A stretch of DNA of 64,000 nucleotides, taken from an uncultured Clostridia bacterium (GTDB taxonomy: Bacteria > Bacillota > Clostridia > TANB77 > CAG-508). Below the pieces are notes generated by a model. The model searched no databases, had not been told where the DNA came from, and saw only the letters and a program-made list of their open reading frames with translations. Within the stretch, counting starts at the first letter, position 1. The number at the start of each line of letters is the position of its first letter. The stretch covers positions 12,630 to 76,629 of the forward strand of contig CALXWT010000001.1 of NCBI GenBank assembly GCA_944392445.1. Direction: 5' to 3'. Below are positions 29,223 through 39,734 of the stretch, piece after piece. Position numbers and translations under genes: made by a program.

Positions 29223-31619
29223 TTGGCTAAACGAGGAAAAAGAAGCAAAAAAAAGGGATTAGATATAAATGTAGCAGTAGTAATTATGATTTTAATAAGT
29301 ATACTACTTGCAATTTTAATATATACAAAATCAGGATATATAGGAGAACATTTAAGTCCAATCTTAGGTGGAATAATGGGAGCTATTAAATATATAATTC
29401 CTATTGGAACTTTTTTAATAGCTATATATATGACTTCGGAGGATAAAGAATATTTAATATCGAAACTAATACAGTATGGAATCTTTTTACTTTGCATAGC
29501 TACTGTGCTTAGTGTATTTCAGTTCTCAAACAGCAACTTAGACGAAAATGGAGATTTTTCATCAGTAGTAGAAAGGGGATATGAATTAGGAGAAAATAAT
29601 AATGGAGGCGGAGCAATAGGAACCGCAATAGCATTTTGGCTTATAGGACTATTAGGAGAAGTAGGAACTGTAATACTATGTATAGGAATTGGAGCAATAT
29701 TACTAGTGTTTATGTTTGGAATAAAACCAGCCGAAATGATTGCAGATTTTATTGATTCAAGAAGAGAAGAAAGGGAAGAAAAAAGAGCTGAGAGAGAAGA
29801 AAATAAGATTACTAGAATGCAAGAAGACGTAGAAGAAAGAAAAGAAACCAAAAGAGAACGTAGATTAAGAGAAAAAGAAGAACAAAAACGAGAAGCAGAA
29901 CAATTAGCAGAGCAATTAACTATAAATTTAAACGATGATTCTGAAAATGATGGAAAAAGAAAAGATAAAAAACTTAAAAAGTATGATCATTCTAATGATG
30001 ACCTAATACCATTTAATATAAGTGGTAGAGTAAAAGATAAAAAAGAAGAAAAGTCAAATCCAAATGAAATAGAAGCTAACTTGTTTAAAGAAGAGCAAGA
30101 GACGAAAGAAGAAAAAGTAAAACAAGTATTACAACTAGAACACACATTAACTGTAGAAGATGAGCACTATGAATTCCCACCAATACAATTATTAGCAGAA
30201 GGTGATAAGAAAGCTGTAAAAGGGGGTAAAAAAGCTGTTGCAGATACAGCAACACGTTTACAAAAAACATTATATAGCTTTGGAGTATCAGCAAAAGTTG
30301 AAAATGTATCAGTAGGACCAGCTATAACTAGATATGAATTGAAACCTGCCGAAGGCGTTAGAGTAAGCAAAATAGCAAACCTAGCAGATGATATAGCGCT
30401 TAGTTTAGCAGCAGAAACTATTAGAATCGAAGCACCAATACCAGGAAAACAGGCTGTGGGGATAGAAGTACCAAACAAGGAGAATGAAATTGTACCATTA
30501 AGAGATATAATAGATAGTGATAGTTTTAAAAATCACAAATCAAAATTAGCATTTGCTTTAGGAAAAGATGTTGCAGGAGAAGAAGTAGTAGCAGATATTG
30601 CAAAAATGCCTCATGTACTAATTGCGGGTGCAACTGGTTCTGGTAAATCTGTATGTATAAATACTTTGATAGCTAGTATAATTTATAAAGCAAAGCCAAG
30701 TGAAGTAAAACTAGTTATGGTAGATCCAAAAGTAGTTGAACTTTCTGTCTATAATGGTATACCACATTTGCTTATTCCTGTAGTTACAGACCCTAAAAAG
30801 GCAGCAGGAGCACTAGCATGGGCAGTACAAGAAATGGTAAATAGATATAGCTTGTTTGCAAGCAAAAACGTAAGAGATATAAAAGGGTATAATGCAGCTT
30901 TAGAAGAAGAAGGAGAAGGACAAAAGTTACCTCAAATTGTAATTATAATAGACGAGTTATCAGATTTAATGATGGTTTCACCAAAAGATGTAGAAGATTC
31001 AATATGTAGACTAGCTCAAATGGCAAGAGCTGCAGGTATGCACTTAGTAATAGCTACTCAAAGACCATCTGTAGATGTAATTACTGGTATAATCAAAGCA
31101 AATATACCATCAAGAATTGCTTTTTCTGTTTCCTCTCAAGTGGATTCAAGAACAATATTAGATATGGCAGGTGCAGAAAAATTATTAGGAAAGGGCGACA
31201 TGTTATTTTACCCAGCAGGAGCACCAAAGCCAACTAGAATTCAAGGTGCATTTATTTCTGATAAAGAGGTAGAAAAAATAGTAGATTTTATAAAAAATAA
31301 TGGTGAAGCAACATACAATGATGAGATTTTACAACAAATTGAAAACTCGAATAGCACAGATAAAGAAATAGATAGCCAAGATGAAGATGATAATACAGAT
31401 CCATTGCTAATGGAAGCCATAGACGTGGTTGTAGAAACAGGACAAGCATCCACATCATTTATTCAAAGACGTTTTAAGGTAGGATATGCAAGAGCAGGTA
31501 GAATTATAGACCAAATGGAAGAAAGAGGAATAATATCAGGTTTCCAAGGAAGTAAGCCTCGTGAAGTGCTTATGACTAAGGAAAGATGGGAAGAACTTAA
31601 GATGAGTAGTAATGAATAA
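29223..31619 (+). CDS. ftsK: DNA translocase FtsK/SpoIIIE
   Basis: Probable TTG start 8 nt after AAGGAGGA. N-terminal TM segments, charged linker, motor domain ([21 protein letters not shown]) and gamma wHTH domain. Confidence 0.93.
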   Translation: MAKRGKRSKKKGLDINVAVVIMILISILLAILIYTKSGYIGEHLSPILGGIMGAIKYIIPIGTFLIAIYMTSEDKEYLISKLIQYGIFLLCIATVLSVFQFSNSNLDENGDFSSVVERGYELGENNNGGGAIGTAIAFWLIGLLGEVGTVILCIGIGAILLVFMFGIKPAEMIADFIDSRREEREEKRAEREENKITRMQEDVEERKETKRERRLREKEEQKREAEQLAEQLTINLNDDSENDGKRKDKKLKKYDHSNDDLIPFNISGRVKDKKEEKSNPNEIEANLFKEEQETKEEKVKQVLQLEHTLTVEDEHYEFPPIQLLAEGDKKAVKGGKKAVADTATRLQKTLYSFGVSAKVENVSVGPAITRYELKPAEGVRVSKIANLADDIALSLAAETIRIEAPIPGKQAVGIEVPNKENEIVPLRDIIDSDSFKNHKSKLAFALGKDVAGEEVVADIAKMPHVLIAGATGSGKSVCINTLIASIIYKAKPSEVKLVMVDPKVVELSVYNGIPHLLIPVVTDPKKAAGALAWAVQEMVNRYSLFASKNVRDIKGYNAALEEEGEGQKLPQIVIIIDELSDLMMVSPKDVEDSICRLAQMARAAGMHLVIATQRPSVDVITGIIKANIPSRIAFSVSSQVDSRTILDMAGAEKLLGKGDMLFYPAGAPKPTRIQGAFISDKEVEKIVDFIKNNGEATYNDEILQQIENSNSTDKEIDSQDEDDNTDPLLMEAIDVVVETGQASTSFIQRRFKVGYARAGRIIDQMEERGIISGFQGSKPREVLMTKERWEELKMSSNE

Positions 31620-31642
31620 CTTTAGGAAGGAATTATAATTTT

Positions 31643-33133
31643 ATGGAAAAAAATAAGATTCTATCGAAATTAAACATTGACATAAAAGATTATAATAACG
31701 AATTAGAGAAGATTTTAGAAAACAAATTATTTTCTTATGATGTGAAAAATTTGTTGCTAAGTATGTTATATAAAATTGAAAATGCATATAAAGATTATGA
31801 AGTAGTAAATGTAGAAGTTCCATCTAAAAGAGAATATATAGAAAATTTATTTAACATAATAAAAGAAAAATGTTTAAAAATATTTTTAGTAAAATCTGGA
31901 ACTCTAGAGGCAGAAAATTTAGAAAAAAACAATCTATTATATAAAGTAGACAGAAAAAATGGAGAAATAGTGTGCTTTCAAAACGAACTTGTAATATTAA
32001 CTGCAATATTAACTTTGGATGCAACGCAGACTTGGCTTGAAATGCCTTATGAATATATGGAGACTCCAATATTTTTACTATTAAAAATTGGAAAAATAGA
32101 TTCGGAGGTTCAGGTAATACGAGATTTTAATGGTTGGTCATGGGATATAGATAGAAGTAAAATAAAAGACATAGAATATAATTACATTTATCAAACTATG
32201 TTATTGGTTAATGGAAGAAAAGGTATAAACAATAAAAATCAAAAAAAATTGTTTAATATAATTTCTAAGATGGCTATAAAAAAATATTTAAGTGACGCAA
32301 ATGATTTGGAATATAATGAAAACTTTGAAAACTTGAGAAAACAAAAACAAGAGAGACTAAAATTATTTGATAACAAAAGAGAGTTTATAAATCAAATTTC
32401 TCAAGAAAAAAAGGATTACTCAAAAGAAATAGAAAGAATAGATAAATTACTAAATAATAACGAACTACTAAGAAAGGAATACTATGCTAGAAACGAAAAA
32501 CTACCTAATAAGCAGAAAATATTTAGTGTGAGCTATTTGGTAGGAATATTAGACAAAGAAAGAGCTGACTTAATACAAAAAATAGAAGAATGCAATAAAA
32601 TAATTTTACCAAAAGAATTTGTAGAGCAAAAAAGCAAATTAGAAGAAGAAGTAAAGTTCTTAAATGATATTATAGACACTAATAAAGATACTGCTTTGAT
32701 AGAACTAGCTACTGAATTTTTAGAACAAGCAAAAAGTATAATACTAAAAATAAATGAAGAGCATAAAGAAAAGTTAATTAGTTGGATATATAAAATAAGA
32801 TGTTATAGATATATACCAATAAATGAAAATCTATATATGAAAGACATAGAGGCTTTAAATCCAAAATTTGAAGAAATTATTAAGCTTATAATAAAAAAAG
32901 CACAAGAACTTAAAATATGGGATAATTTTTCAGAGGATAAGGATTTAACATATACAATTTTAAGAGAAATATTTGATACTAAGATGATTAGTTTGCAAAA
33001 CTTAAACATACAATGTTCGTATCAAAATAAGGTTTTAACTGTTGAATATTATGATGACACTATTATAGAAATTACAAAAAAAATAGATATAGATAATGTA
33101 AAAATAAAAAAGAAGATAAAGTTGTTTATTTAA
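31643..33133 (+). CDS. hypothetical protein
   Basis: 496 aa, Lys/Glu/Asn-rich, with no motif I recognise. Confidence 0.5.
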   Translation: MEKNKILSKLNIDIKDYNNELEKILENKLFSYDVKNLLLSMLYKIENAYKDYEVVNVEVPSKREYIENLFNIIKEKCLKIFLVKSGTLEAENLEKNNLLYKVDRKNGEIVCFQNELVILTAILTLDATQTWLEMPYEYMETPIFLLLKIGKIDSEVQVIRDFNGWSWDIDRSKIKDIEYNYIYQTMLLVNGRKGINNKNQKKLFNIISKMAIKKYLSDANDLEYNENFENLRKQKQERLKLFDNKREFINQISQEKKDYSKEIERIDKLLNNNELLRKEYYARNEKLPNKQKIFSVSYLVGILDKERADLIQKIEECNKIILPKEFVEQKSKLEEEVKFLNDIIDTNKDTALIELATEFLEQAKSIILKINEEHKEKLISWIYKIRCYRYIPINENLYMKDIEALNPKFEEIIKLIIKKAQELKIWDNFSEDKDLTYTILREIFDTKMISLQNLNIQCSYQNKVLTVEYYDDTIIEITKKIDIDNVKIKKKIKLFI

Positions 33134-33286
33134 ATACTAAAGTATCAAAAAAGAGTGGACTTATTCTATTTAATAAAAAAGTTACTAGATAATGGTTTTA
33201 TTCTCTAAATATACATATTACCTAGACTTAAAATCATCGTTTAGTAACATAAGAAAAATAAATTTAAGTTCGAAAGGAGAAATTTA

Positions 33287-34936
33287 ATGAAAGTAACTTT
33301 TTTAGGAGCTACGAAAACTGTAACAGGTTCTAACTTTTTAGTAGAAGGAGCAGGAAAAAAATTTTTAGTAGATTGTGGAATGTACCAAGGCTCTGCTGCA
33401 GATGAATTTGAAAACGAAGCACCGTTTTTATTTATTATAGATGAAATAGATTTTATGCTACTTACACATGCACATATAGATCACTCTGGAAGAATACCTA
33501 AACTATATAACGAGGGATATAGAAAAGACGTTATAGCAACTAAAGCTACTTGTGATTTATGTTCAATAATGCTTCCAGATAGTGGACATATTCAAGAAAT
33601 GGAAGCAGAGTGGAAGAATAAAAAAAGAGAAAGAAAAGGAGAAAAAACAATTCCACCAATATATACGGCAGAAGATGCAGCGAAATCTTTAGAAATATTC
33701 AGACCAGTGCAATATAACGAAATAGTAGAAATAGACGAAAATATAAAAGCAAGATTTAATGATGCAGGACACATGCTAGGGTCAAGCATTATAGAAGTTT
33801 GGATTACAGAAAATGGAGAAACTAAAAAAATTGTATTTACAGGTGATTTAGGAAATAATGATATTCCTCTTTTATCACCACCAACAATGATAAGTGATGC
33901 AGATTATTTGGTAATGGAATCTACTTATGGAAATAGACTTCATATGAGAAATGATGACAAAGCAGAAATCTTTTTGAATGTAGTATACGAGACTTTAGAA
34001 AAAGGTGGAACAGTAGTTATACCATCATTTGCAGTGGGTAGAACTCAAGAAATTTTGTATGAACTAAATAGAATCAAAGACAAAAAAGATGACGAGGAAT
34101 TTTCTAAAAAATACCAAAAACTGATGAGTGTCCCAGTGTATGTGGACAGCCCACTTGCAATCTCTGCAACAGAAGTGTTTAAAGAAAATATGAATTTATT
34201 TAACGAAGAAACTCAAGCTATAATAAATGAGGGAGATAATCCACTAGAATTTAATGGACTAAAATTTACTAGAACTGCAGATGAATCAAAAGCACTTAAT
34301 GCAAGCGAAGAATCTTCAATAATAATATCAGCAAGTGGCATGTGCGAGGTTGGAAGAATAAAACATCATTTAAAACATCATTTGTGGGAACCAAATAGCA
34401 CAATTCTGTTTGTTGGATATCAAGCTCCTGGTACACTAGGAAGAAAATTGGTAGATGGAGAAAAAAAGGTAAAAATATTTGGCGAAGAAATAGCAGTAAA
34501 TGCTAGAATAGAATACATAGAGGGGTATTCTGGACATGCTGACCAAGAATGGCTTATGAACTTTGTTTATTCATTTACTACACCACCAAAACATATTTTC
34601 TTAGTTCATGGAGAGCCTGAAGGACAAATAGTTTTAAAGCAAAAATTAGAGGAAAATACAAATATTCCTATAACAATTCCAGATTATGGAGAAACATATG
34701 AGATAGGTGAAGAAATTGCAATGATAGGTAAGACAGAAAATAAGGCAAGAGAAAGATTCTTAAGATTAGAAGTATTAGAAAGAATGAATACTTTAAAAGA
34801 AGAATTAGAAGATATGTCTACAATTGTTAAAGAAGAATACCTAGAAAAGGATAATACAGATGCAGATATAATTAGAATTAAAGAAAGATTAAAAGAATTA
34901 GAAGCTCAAATAGTAAAAATAGTTGAGAATACATAG
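33287..34936 (+). CDS. MBL-fold beta-CASP family (RNA-metabolising) hydrolase
   Basis: THAHIDHSG motif, beta-CASP layout (ESTYG, ...GYSGHAD) and a C-terminal coiled coil. Confidence 0.8.
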   Translation: MKVTFLGATKTVTGSNFLVEGAGKKFLVDCGMYQGSAADEFENEAPFLFIIDEIDFMLLTHAHIDHSGRIPKLYNEGYRKDVIATKATCDLCSIMLPDSGHIQEMEAEWKNKKRERKGEKTIPPIYTAEDAAKSLEIFRPVQYNEIVEIDENIKARFNDAGHMLGSSIIEVWITENGETKKIVFTGDLGNNDIPLLSPPTMISDADYLVMESTYGNRLHMRNDDKAEIFLNVVYETLEKGGTVVIPSFAVGRTQEILYELNRIKDKKDDEEFSKKYQKLMSVPVYVDSPLAISATEVFKENMNLFNEETQAIINEGDNPLEFNGLKFTRTADESKALNASEESSIIISASGMCEVGRIKHHLKHHLWEPNSTILFVGYQAPGTLGRKLVDGEKKVKIFGEEIAVNARIEYIEGYSGHADQEWLMNFVYSFTTPPKHIFLVHGEPEGQIVLKQKLEENTNIPITIPDYGETYEIGEEIAMIGKTENKARERFLRLEVLERMNTLKEELEDMSTIVKEEYLEKDNTDADIIRIKERLKELEAQIVKIVENT

Positions 34937-35018
34937 AAATAGCTTTTTAAAAAAATCAGAACTTTAATGATTAGTAAGAAAATGCTATAGCAAAAATAAA
35001 ATGAGGAGAGATAAACAG

Positions 35019-36956
35019 ATGAAAAACAAGTATTTTAATGATGCAATAATTGGAGGAAAAGATATAACTGCAAGCTTCACATATCATGGTGAAATGCTAA
35101 GGTTAATGTACAACACACCAGACTTTAAGCAATTTTTAGACTTTTTCCATACAGGAGTCAAAATAAATGACTCTTGCATAATTTATTTACATCAAGACCA
35201 AAACAATAGGTATAATCAGTATTATACAGAAGATACAAATATATTAAACACCGAAATAGAAAACACATATTTTAATTTGCAAATTAAGCAAATAGATTTT
35301 GTATCTATGAAAAATAGTGTTTTAATAAAAAGATATATATTTAAAAATAATAACACAATAGATTTGAATGTAAACTTTTTAGTACACTCAAAACTATTAT
35401 CAAATCCAAACAATATGGTAGGTTCGAAAATAGAAAATAATGTGCTAATGCAGTATAGCCATAATAACACATTGTGTATGTTTTCAAAGAAGAATATAAA
35501 TGCACATCAATTAAACGATACAGAAAATAATATAGGAAGTGGTGTAATACACGATAAAGATTATATAGGAATGAGTTCAGATTCTAGCATCAATTATGAA
35601 CTTGGAGTTATCAAACCAGGGGAAACGAAAGAATTAGATATATATTTATATATTCTTGAAAATGATAAAGTTAATGCAGAAGAAATGTGGAAGAATATAG
35701 AAAATATTAGAAAGCAAGATGTGGAAGCAGAACAAAGTTCAGTGCAAAAATATTGGAAAAAATATGTAAAAGAACATATCAATATAGAACTAAAAGAAGA
35801 AAATAGTGAGTATAATAAAAAATTTAATAAGGTATATAAAAGGAGCATATTGATATTTCCACTGCTAACAAACAAAGAAACAGGAGGAGTTGCAGCAGCA
35901 GTAGAAGTGGACGAGAATCTAACCCAATGTGGTAGATATGGATATTGTTGGCCACGTGATGCAGTATTTATAACAAGAGCATTTGACAAATTAAAAATGA
36001 ATAAAGAAACAGAAAAATTCTACAAAGTATTTTGCAAAAACACACAAAGCAGAAATGGAATGTGGGAGCAAAGATTCTACACAGACGGACGCTTAGCACC
36101 TTGCTGGGGATATCAAATAGACGAAACAGCAGGAGTAGTATATGGGGTATATGAACACTATAAAGTTACAAAAGACAAAAAATTCTTAAAAGATATGCTA
36201 AAAATGTGTGAGAATGCAGTAAAATTCTTGTGCATATATATGGACAACATTTTAGGATTACACGATGACAGCGATGTAGTAAAAAATGAAATAGAAAAAA
36301 CATATCACACAGAAGACAGAAACAAGCTACCAGTAAGTTATGATTTGTGGGAAATGCATGAAGGAGTACACTTATATTCACTTGCAAGCATTTACTCAGC
36401 ATTTAATGCAATTCTAGAAATGTATGAAATATTAAAACCAGAATACGAAGAAAAAAATAGATTAAAACTAGAAAGCATAAATAAATTAAGCAAAAAGATA
36501 GACTTTTATAAAAAAGAAATGGACAAATACATAAAAGCAAATATGTATAATGAAAACACAAAAACATTGAAGAGAAACACAAATGACGAAGTAACAGACA
36601 TAAGTGTATTGGGAACAGTAGTACCATTTAAAATGTACAAGCCAAACGAAAAGAAAATAATTAACACAATAGAAAAAATAAACATGAGACTAAGAACATA
36701 TACGGGAGGCTACCTAAGATTTGAAGGAGACCACTATAGAGGAGGAAATAGCCCTTGGGCAATTTCTACATTATGGATGGCAATGTACTACGAAGAAGTA
36801 GGAGAAAATAAAAAAGCAAAAGAATGCATAGACTTCATAGTAAACAGCAGTAACCAACACGGCTTACTTGGAGAACAAATAGACAACAGCACAATGCAAC
36901 CAAATTGGGTAATAGGCCTTGCATGGTCACACGCAATGTTCATTTTGGCACTTTAG
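35019..36956 (+). CDS. glycoside hydrolase family 15 (glucoamylase-like) protein
   Basis: YCWPRDAVF, YDLWEMHEG, LLGEQID, WSHAMF match the (alpha/alpha)6 GH15 catalytic domain. ATG 35019 follows GAGGAGAG. Confidence 0.75.
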   Translation: MKNKYFNDAIIGGKDITASFTYHGEMLRLMYNTPDFKQFLDFFHTGVKINDSCIIYLHQDQNNRYNQYYTEDTNILNTEIENTYFNLQIKQIDFVSMKNSVLIKRYIFKNNNTIDLNVNFLVHSKLLSNPNNMVGSKIENNVLMQYSHNNTLCMFSKKNINAHQLNDTENNIGSGVIHDKDYIGMSSDSSINYELGVIKPGETKELDIYLYILENDKVNAEEMWKNIENIRKQDVEAEQSSVQKYWKKYVKEHINIELKEENSEYNKKFNKVYKRSILIFPLLTNKETGGVAAAVEVDENLTQCGRYGYCWPRDAVFITRAFDKLKMNKETEKFYKVFCKNTQSRNGMWEQRFYTDGRLAPCWGYQIDETAGVVYGVYEHYKVTKDKKFLKDMLKMCENAVKFLCIYMDNILGLHDDSDVVKNEIEKTYHTEDRNKLPVSYDLWEMHEGVHLYSLASIYSAFNAILEMYEILKPEYEEKNRLKLESINKLSKKIDFYKKEMDKYIKANMYNENTKTLKRNTNDEVTDISVLGTVVPFKMYKPNEKKIINTIEKINMRLRTYTGGYLRFEGDHYRGGNSPWAISTLWMAMYYEEVGENKKAKECIDFIVNSSNQHGLLGEQIDNSTMQPNWVIGLAWSHAMFILAL

Positions 36957-36957
36957 T

Positions 36958-36995
36958 TTGTCGGGTTTGGGGACAGGCTCTTTTCTGACACAGTT
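36958..36995 (-). repeat. single REP copy (reverse orientation), 2 nt after the GH15 stop
   Basis: TTGTCGGGTTTGGGGACAGGCTCTTTTCTGACA. Confidence 0.85.
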
Positions 36996-37064
36996 GCCAA
37001 ATACTGAAGAGAATTTCTTTCTAAATAGTGCTTAAAAATAAGATGAAAAACAAGGTGACATAAA

Positions 37065-37081
37065 TTGTAAAAATTTTGTAA
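37065..37081. promoter_or_regulatory. TTGTAA pair at 11-bp spacing
   Basis: TTGTAA at 37065 and 37076. Confidence 0.35.
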
Positions 37082-37119
37082 AAAGTATAGCATATTTATA
37101 AAAAATGTGCTATACTTTT
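37081..37119. other. perfect 12-bp-stem hairpin upstream of rayT
   Basis: AAAAGTATAGCA ... TGCTATACTTTT. Confidence 0.5.
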
Positions 37120-37209
37120 TAATGTGACAAAAATTTAAGTAGAAAAATATGATATGGGGGTTAAGTATTTTTTACTAATAAAAATAAAATATTGAAAGGA
37201 GAAAATATT

Positions 37210-38007
37210 ATGCCTCGCATATCCAGAGTAAATTTAAAGGAAATAACAAATATGCATCATATTATTCTAAGAGGTGTTAATAAGCAAGATATCTTTTTGG
37301 ATAATAGTGATAGAGAAAAATTTATCAAAACAATAATTGAAACAAAAGAAAAATTTGTGTTTGAATTATACTTATATGTATTAATGAATAATCATGTTCA
37401 TGTAGTAATATATGATGAAAATAAAGAAATATCGAATATTATGCATAAATTATGTACTACGTATGCTTTATATTTTAATAAAAAATATGGTAGAGTGGGT
37501 CACTTATTTCAAAATAGATATAAAAGTATATGTATTATTGACGAAAAGCATTTATTTAATTTAATAAGATATATTCATAGCAATCCAGAGAAAGAAGGAA
37601 TAGGTAGTATAACTGAATATAAATGGAGCAGTTATGGAGATTATATCAATAGAAATAAAAATAAGATAACAGATACTGAGTTTATTCTTGGACTATTTGA
37701 AAGCAAACAAGAAGATGCTTTAAGCAGTTTTATAAAATTTAATGCGAAAGAAGACAAAAGAGGATATTTAGAAACAAAACTTATATGCGAAAATAAACTT
37801 AGTGATGATGAAGCTATTATCTATATAAAAGAAATTTTAGGAATAGATAATATTCTATCAATAACCAATTACAATAAAGAAATAAGAGATTCATATATCT
37901 ATAAAATTTCTAAGATTAGAGGAATTTATAAAAATCAAATAGCAAGAATTTTAGGAATAAGCGAAAGAAGTGTAGAAAGAATTATAGAAAAAAATAAATC
38001 AAAATAA
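37210..38007 (+). CDS. rayT: REP-associated tyrosine transposase-like protein (HUH/Y1, IS200-like fold) with C-terminal HTH
   Basis: HUH motif NNHVHVVI and catalytic Tyr context HLFQNRYKS...IRYIHSNP. C-terminal IARILGISERSVERIIEK HTH. ATG 37210 lies 8 nt after AAGGAG. Confidence 0.8.
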   Translation: MPRISRVNLKEITNMHHIILRGVNKQDIFLDNSDREKFIKTIIETKEKFVFELYLYVLMNNHVHVVIYDENKEISNIMHKLCTTYALYFNKKYGRVGHLFQNRYKSICIIDEKHLFNLIRYIHSNPEKEGIGSITEYKWSSYGDYINRNKNKITDTEFILGLFESKQEDALSSFIKFNAKEDKRGYLETKLICENKLSDDEAIIYIKEILGIDNILSITNYNKEIRDSYIYKISKIRGIYKNQIARILGISERSVERIIEKNKSK

Positions 38008-38070
38008 AATTCTTATTCAGAATGTTAGTTGTTGAAAGAATAAAAAAGCGTAAACAAAATTATAAGTAAG

Positions 38071-38127
38071 CCTGTCCCCGAACCCGACAGGTATGTCGGA
38101 AAAGAGCCTGTCCCCAAACCCGACAAA
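38071..38127 (+). repeat. REP array, ~1.6 copies (forward orientation), abutting the radA RBS
   Basis: CCTGTCCCC at 38071 and 38107 (36-bp period). The array ends ...CCCGACAAAAGGAGG. Confidence 0.9.
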
Positions 38128-38135
38128 AGGAGGAA

Positions 38136-39509
38136 ATGATGGCAAAAGCAAAGACAATTTTTGTGTGTAGTAATTGTGGATATGAATCTGCAAAATGGCT
38201 AGGGAAGTGTCCAGCTTGTAATGAGTGGAATAGTTTTTATGAGGAAAAGGTTGCAAATACATCAAGTACATCTGGTGGAAAAAGTAGTGTAAGTAAAGAG
38301 AAAAGTATGCCTCGCAAGTTAAAAGAGGTAGAAGGAATAGAAATGGCAAGAACAAGCACAGGAATAGGTGAGTTAGATAGAGTCTTGGGAGGAGGATTGG
38401 TAAAAGGCTCACTTGTGCTAGTAGGAGGAGAGCCAGGAATTGGTAAGTCTACTTTAATTTTGCAACTCTGTGATAAAGTCAAAGGTGAAGGAAAAGTTTT
38501 ATATGTTTCTGGAGAGGAATCGGCAGAACAAGTAAAGATTAGAGCTGATAGACTAAACATTAATAATGATGATTTATTATTTTTAGGTGAAACAAATATT
38601 GATAATATTCAAGAAACAATAATGTCTGTAAATCCGAAACTTGTTATTATAGATTCTATTCAAACAATGTATTCAGAAGAGATTACTTCAGCTGCAGGTA
38701 CTGTTAGCCAGGTTAGAGAAATTACTTCAAGAATTATGAGAATGTGCAAGGATAATGGAATTACTACAATAATAATCGGTCATGTTACAAAGGATGGAAA
38801 TATAGCAGGACCTAGAGTATTGGAGCACATGGTAGACACTGTTTTATATTTAGAAGGAGAAAGATATTTCTCTTATAGGATATTAAGGAGTGTAAAAAAT
38901 AGATTTGGCTCAACAAACGAAGTAGGAATGTTTGAAATGAAAAATGAAGGTATGGTAGAAATAATAAATCCATCATCAATTCTTATTTCAGAGAGAAACG
39001 ACAATCCTGCTGGCTCGGTAATTGTAGCTAGTATGGAGGGAACAAGGCCACTTTTGGTTGAACTACAAGCACTAACAACGCCAAGTGTATTCGGAATACC
39101 AAAAAGAACTGCAAATGGAATAGATTTTAACAGATTAGCAGTTTTAATTGCTGTTGTAGAAAAAAGAGCAGGAATAAATTTAGGTGGACAAGACGTATAC
39201 TTAAATGTTGTAAGTGGAATAAAATTGGCAGAGCCTGCTGTAGACTTGGGCATTATTTTAGCATGTACATCTAGCTTTAAGAATATTAGTATACCACAAG
39301 ATGTAGTAGCAATAGGTGAAGTTGGTCTAACAGGAGAAGTACGTGCAGTAAACATGATAGAAAAAAGAATAAAAGAAGCAGAAAAGTTAGGATTTAAAAA
39401 ATGTATTATACCAGAAAGTAACAAAAAACTCTTGAAAGAAAACTATAAATTAGATATAATAGGTGTCAGAAATATAAATGAGGCAATAAAGGGATTGCAG
39501 TTAAGGTAA
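38136..39509 (+). CDS. radA: DNA repair protein RadA (Sms)
   Basis: Zinc finger CSNCGYESAKWLGKCPAC, Walker A GGEPGIGKST, KNRFG motif and Lon-like C-domain. The start may be the second ATG at 38139. Confidence 0.95.
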   Translation: MMAKAKTIFVCSNCGYESAKWLGKCPACNEWNSFYEEKVANTSSTSGGKSSVSKEKSMPRKLKEVEGIEMARTSTGIGELDRVLGGGLVKGSLVLVGGEPGIGKSTLILQLCDKVKGEGKVLYVSGEESAEQVKIRADRLNINNDDLLFLGETNIDNIQETIMSVNPKLVIIDSIQTMYSEEITSAAGTVSQVREITSRIMRMCKDNGITTIIIGHVTKDGNIAGPRVLEHMVDTVLYLEGERYFSYRILRSVKNRFGSTNEVGMFEMKNEGMVEIINPSSILISERNDNPAGSVIVASMEGTRPLLVELQALTTPSVFGIPKRTANGIDFNRLAVLIAVVEKRAGINLGGQDVYLNVVSGIKLAEPAVDLGIILACTSSFKNISIPQDVVAIGEVGLTGEVRAVNMIEKRIKEAEKLGFKKCIIPESNKKLLKENYKLDIIGVRNINEAIKGLQLR

Positions 39510-39620
39510 TAACTATAAAGATAAAACTTGTATAATACGTAGGCAAAAAGGCTTGTTAAAGACAAGTTTAGAGGAATTATAGGTTTGAAGAACAATCAAG
39601 GGAAAAAATAGAAAATCAAA

Positions 39621-39720
39621 GGGGAGCCTGTCCCCAAACCCGACAACAATGTCGGAAAAGAGCCTGTCCCCAAACCCGACAAATGTGTCGGAAAAGAGCC
39701 TGTCCCCAAACCTGACAAAA
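39621..39720 (+). repeat. REP array, ~2.7 copies (forward orientation), between radA and disA
   Basis: CCTGTCCCC at 39627, 39663 and 39699. The central 4 nt of each palindrome vary (CAAT, ATGT). Confidence 0.9.
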
Positions 39721-39734
39721 GGAGTGAAACGAGA

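Larger units (their letters stand above)
36958..38127 (+). mobile_element. REP-RAYT module: RayT-like gene bracketed by inverted REPs
   Basis: A reverse-orientation REP lies upstream (36958-36995) and forward-orientation REPs downstream (38071-38127) of an HUH/Y1 transposase gene. Confidence 0.7.
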
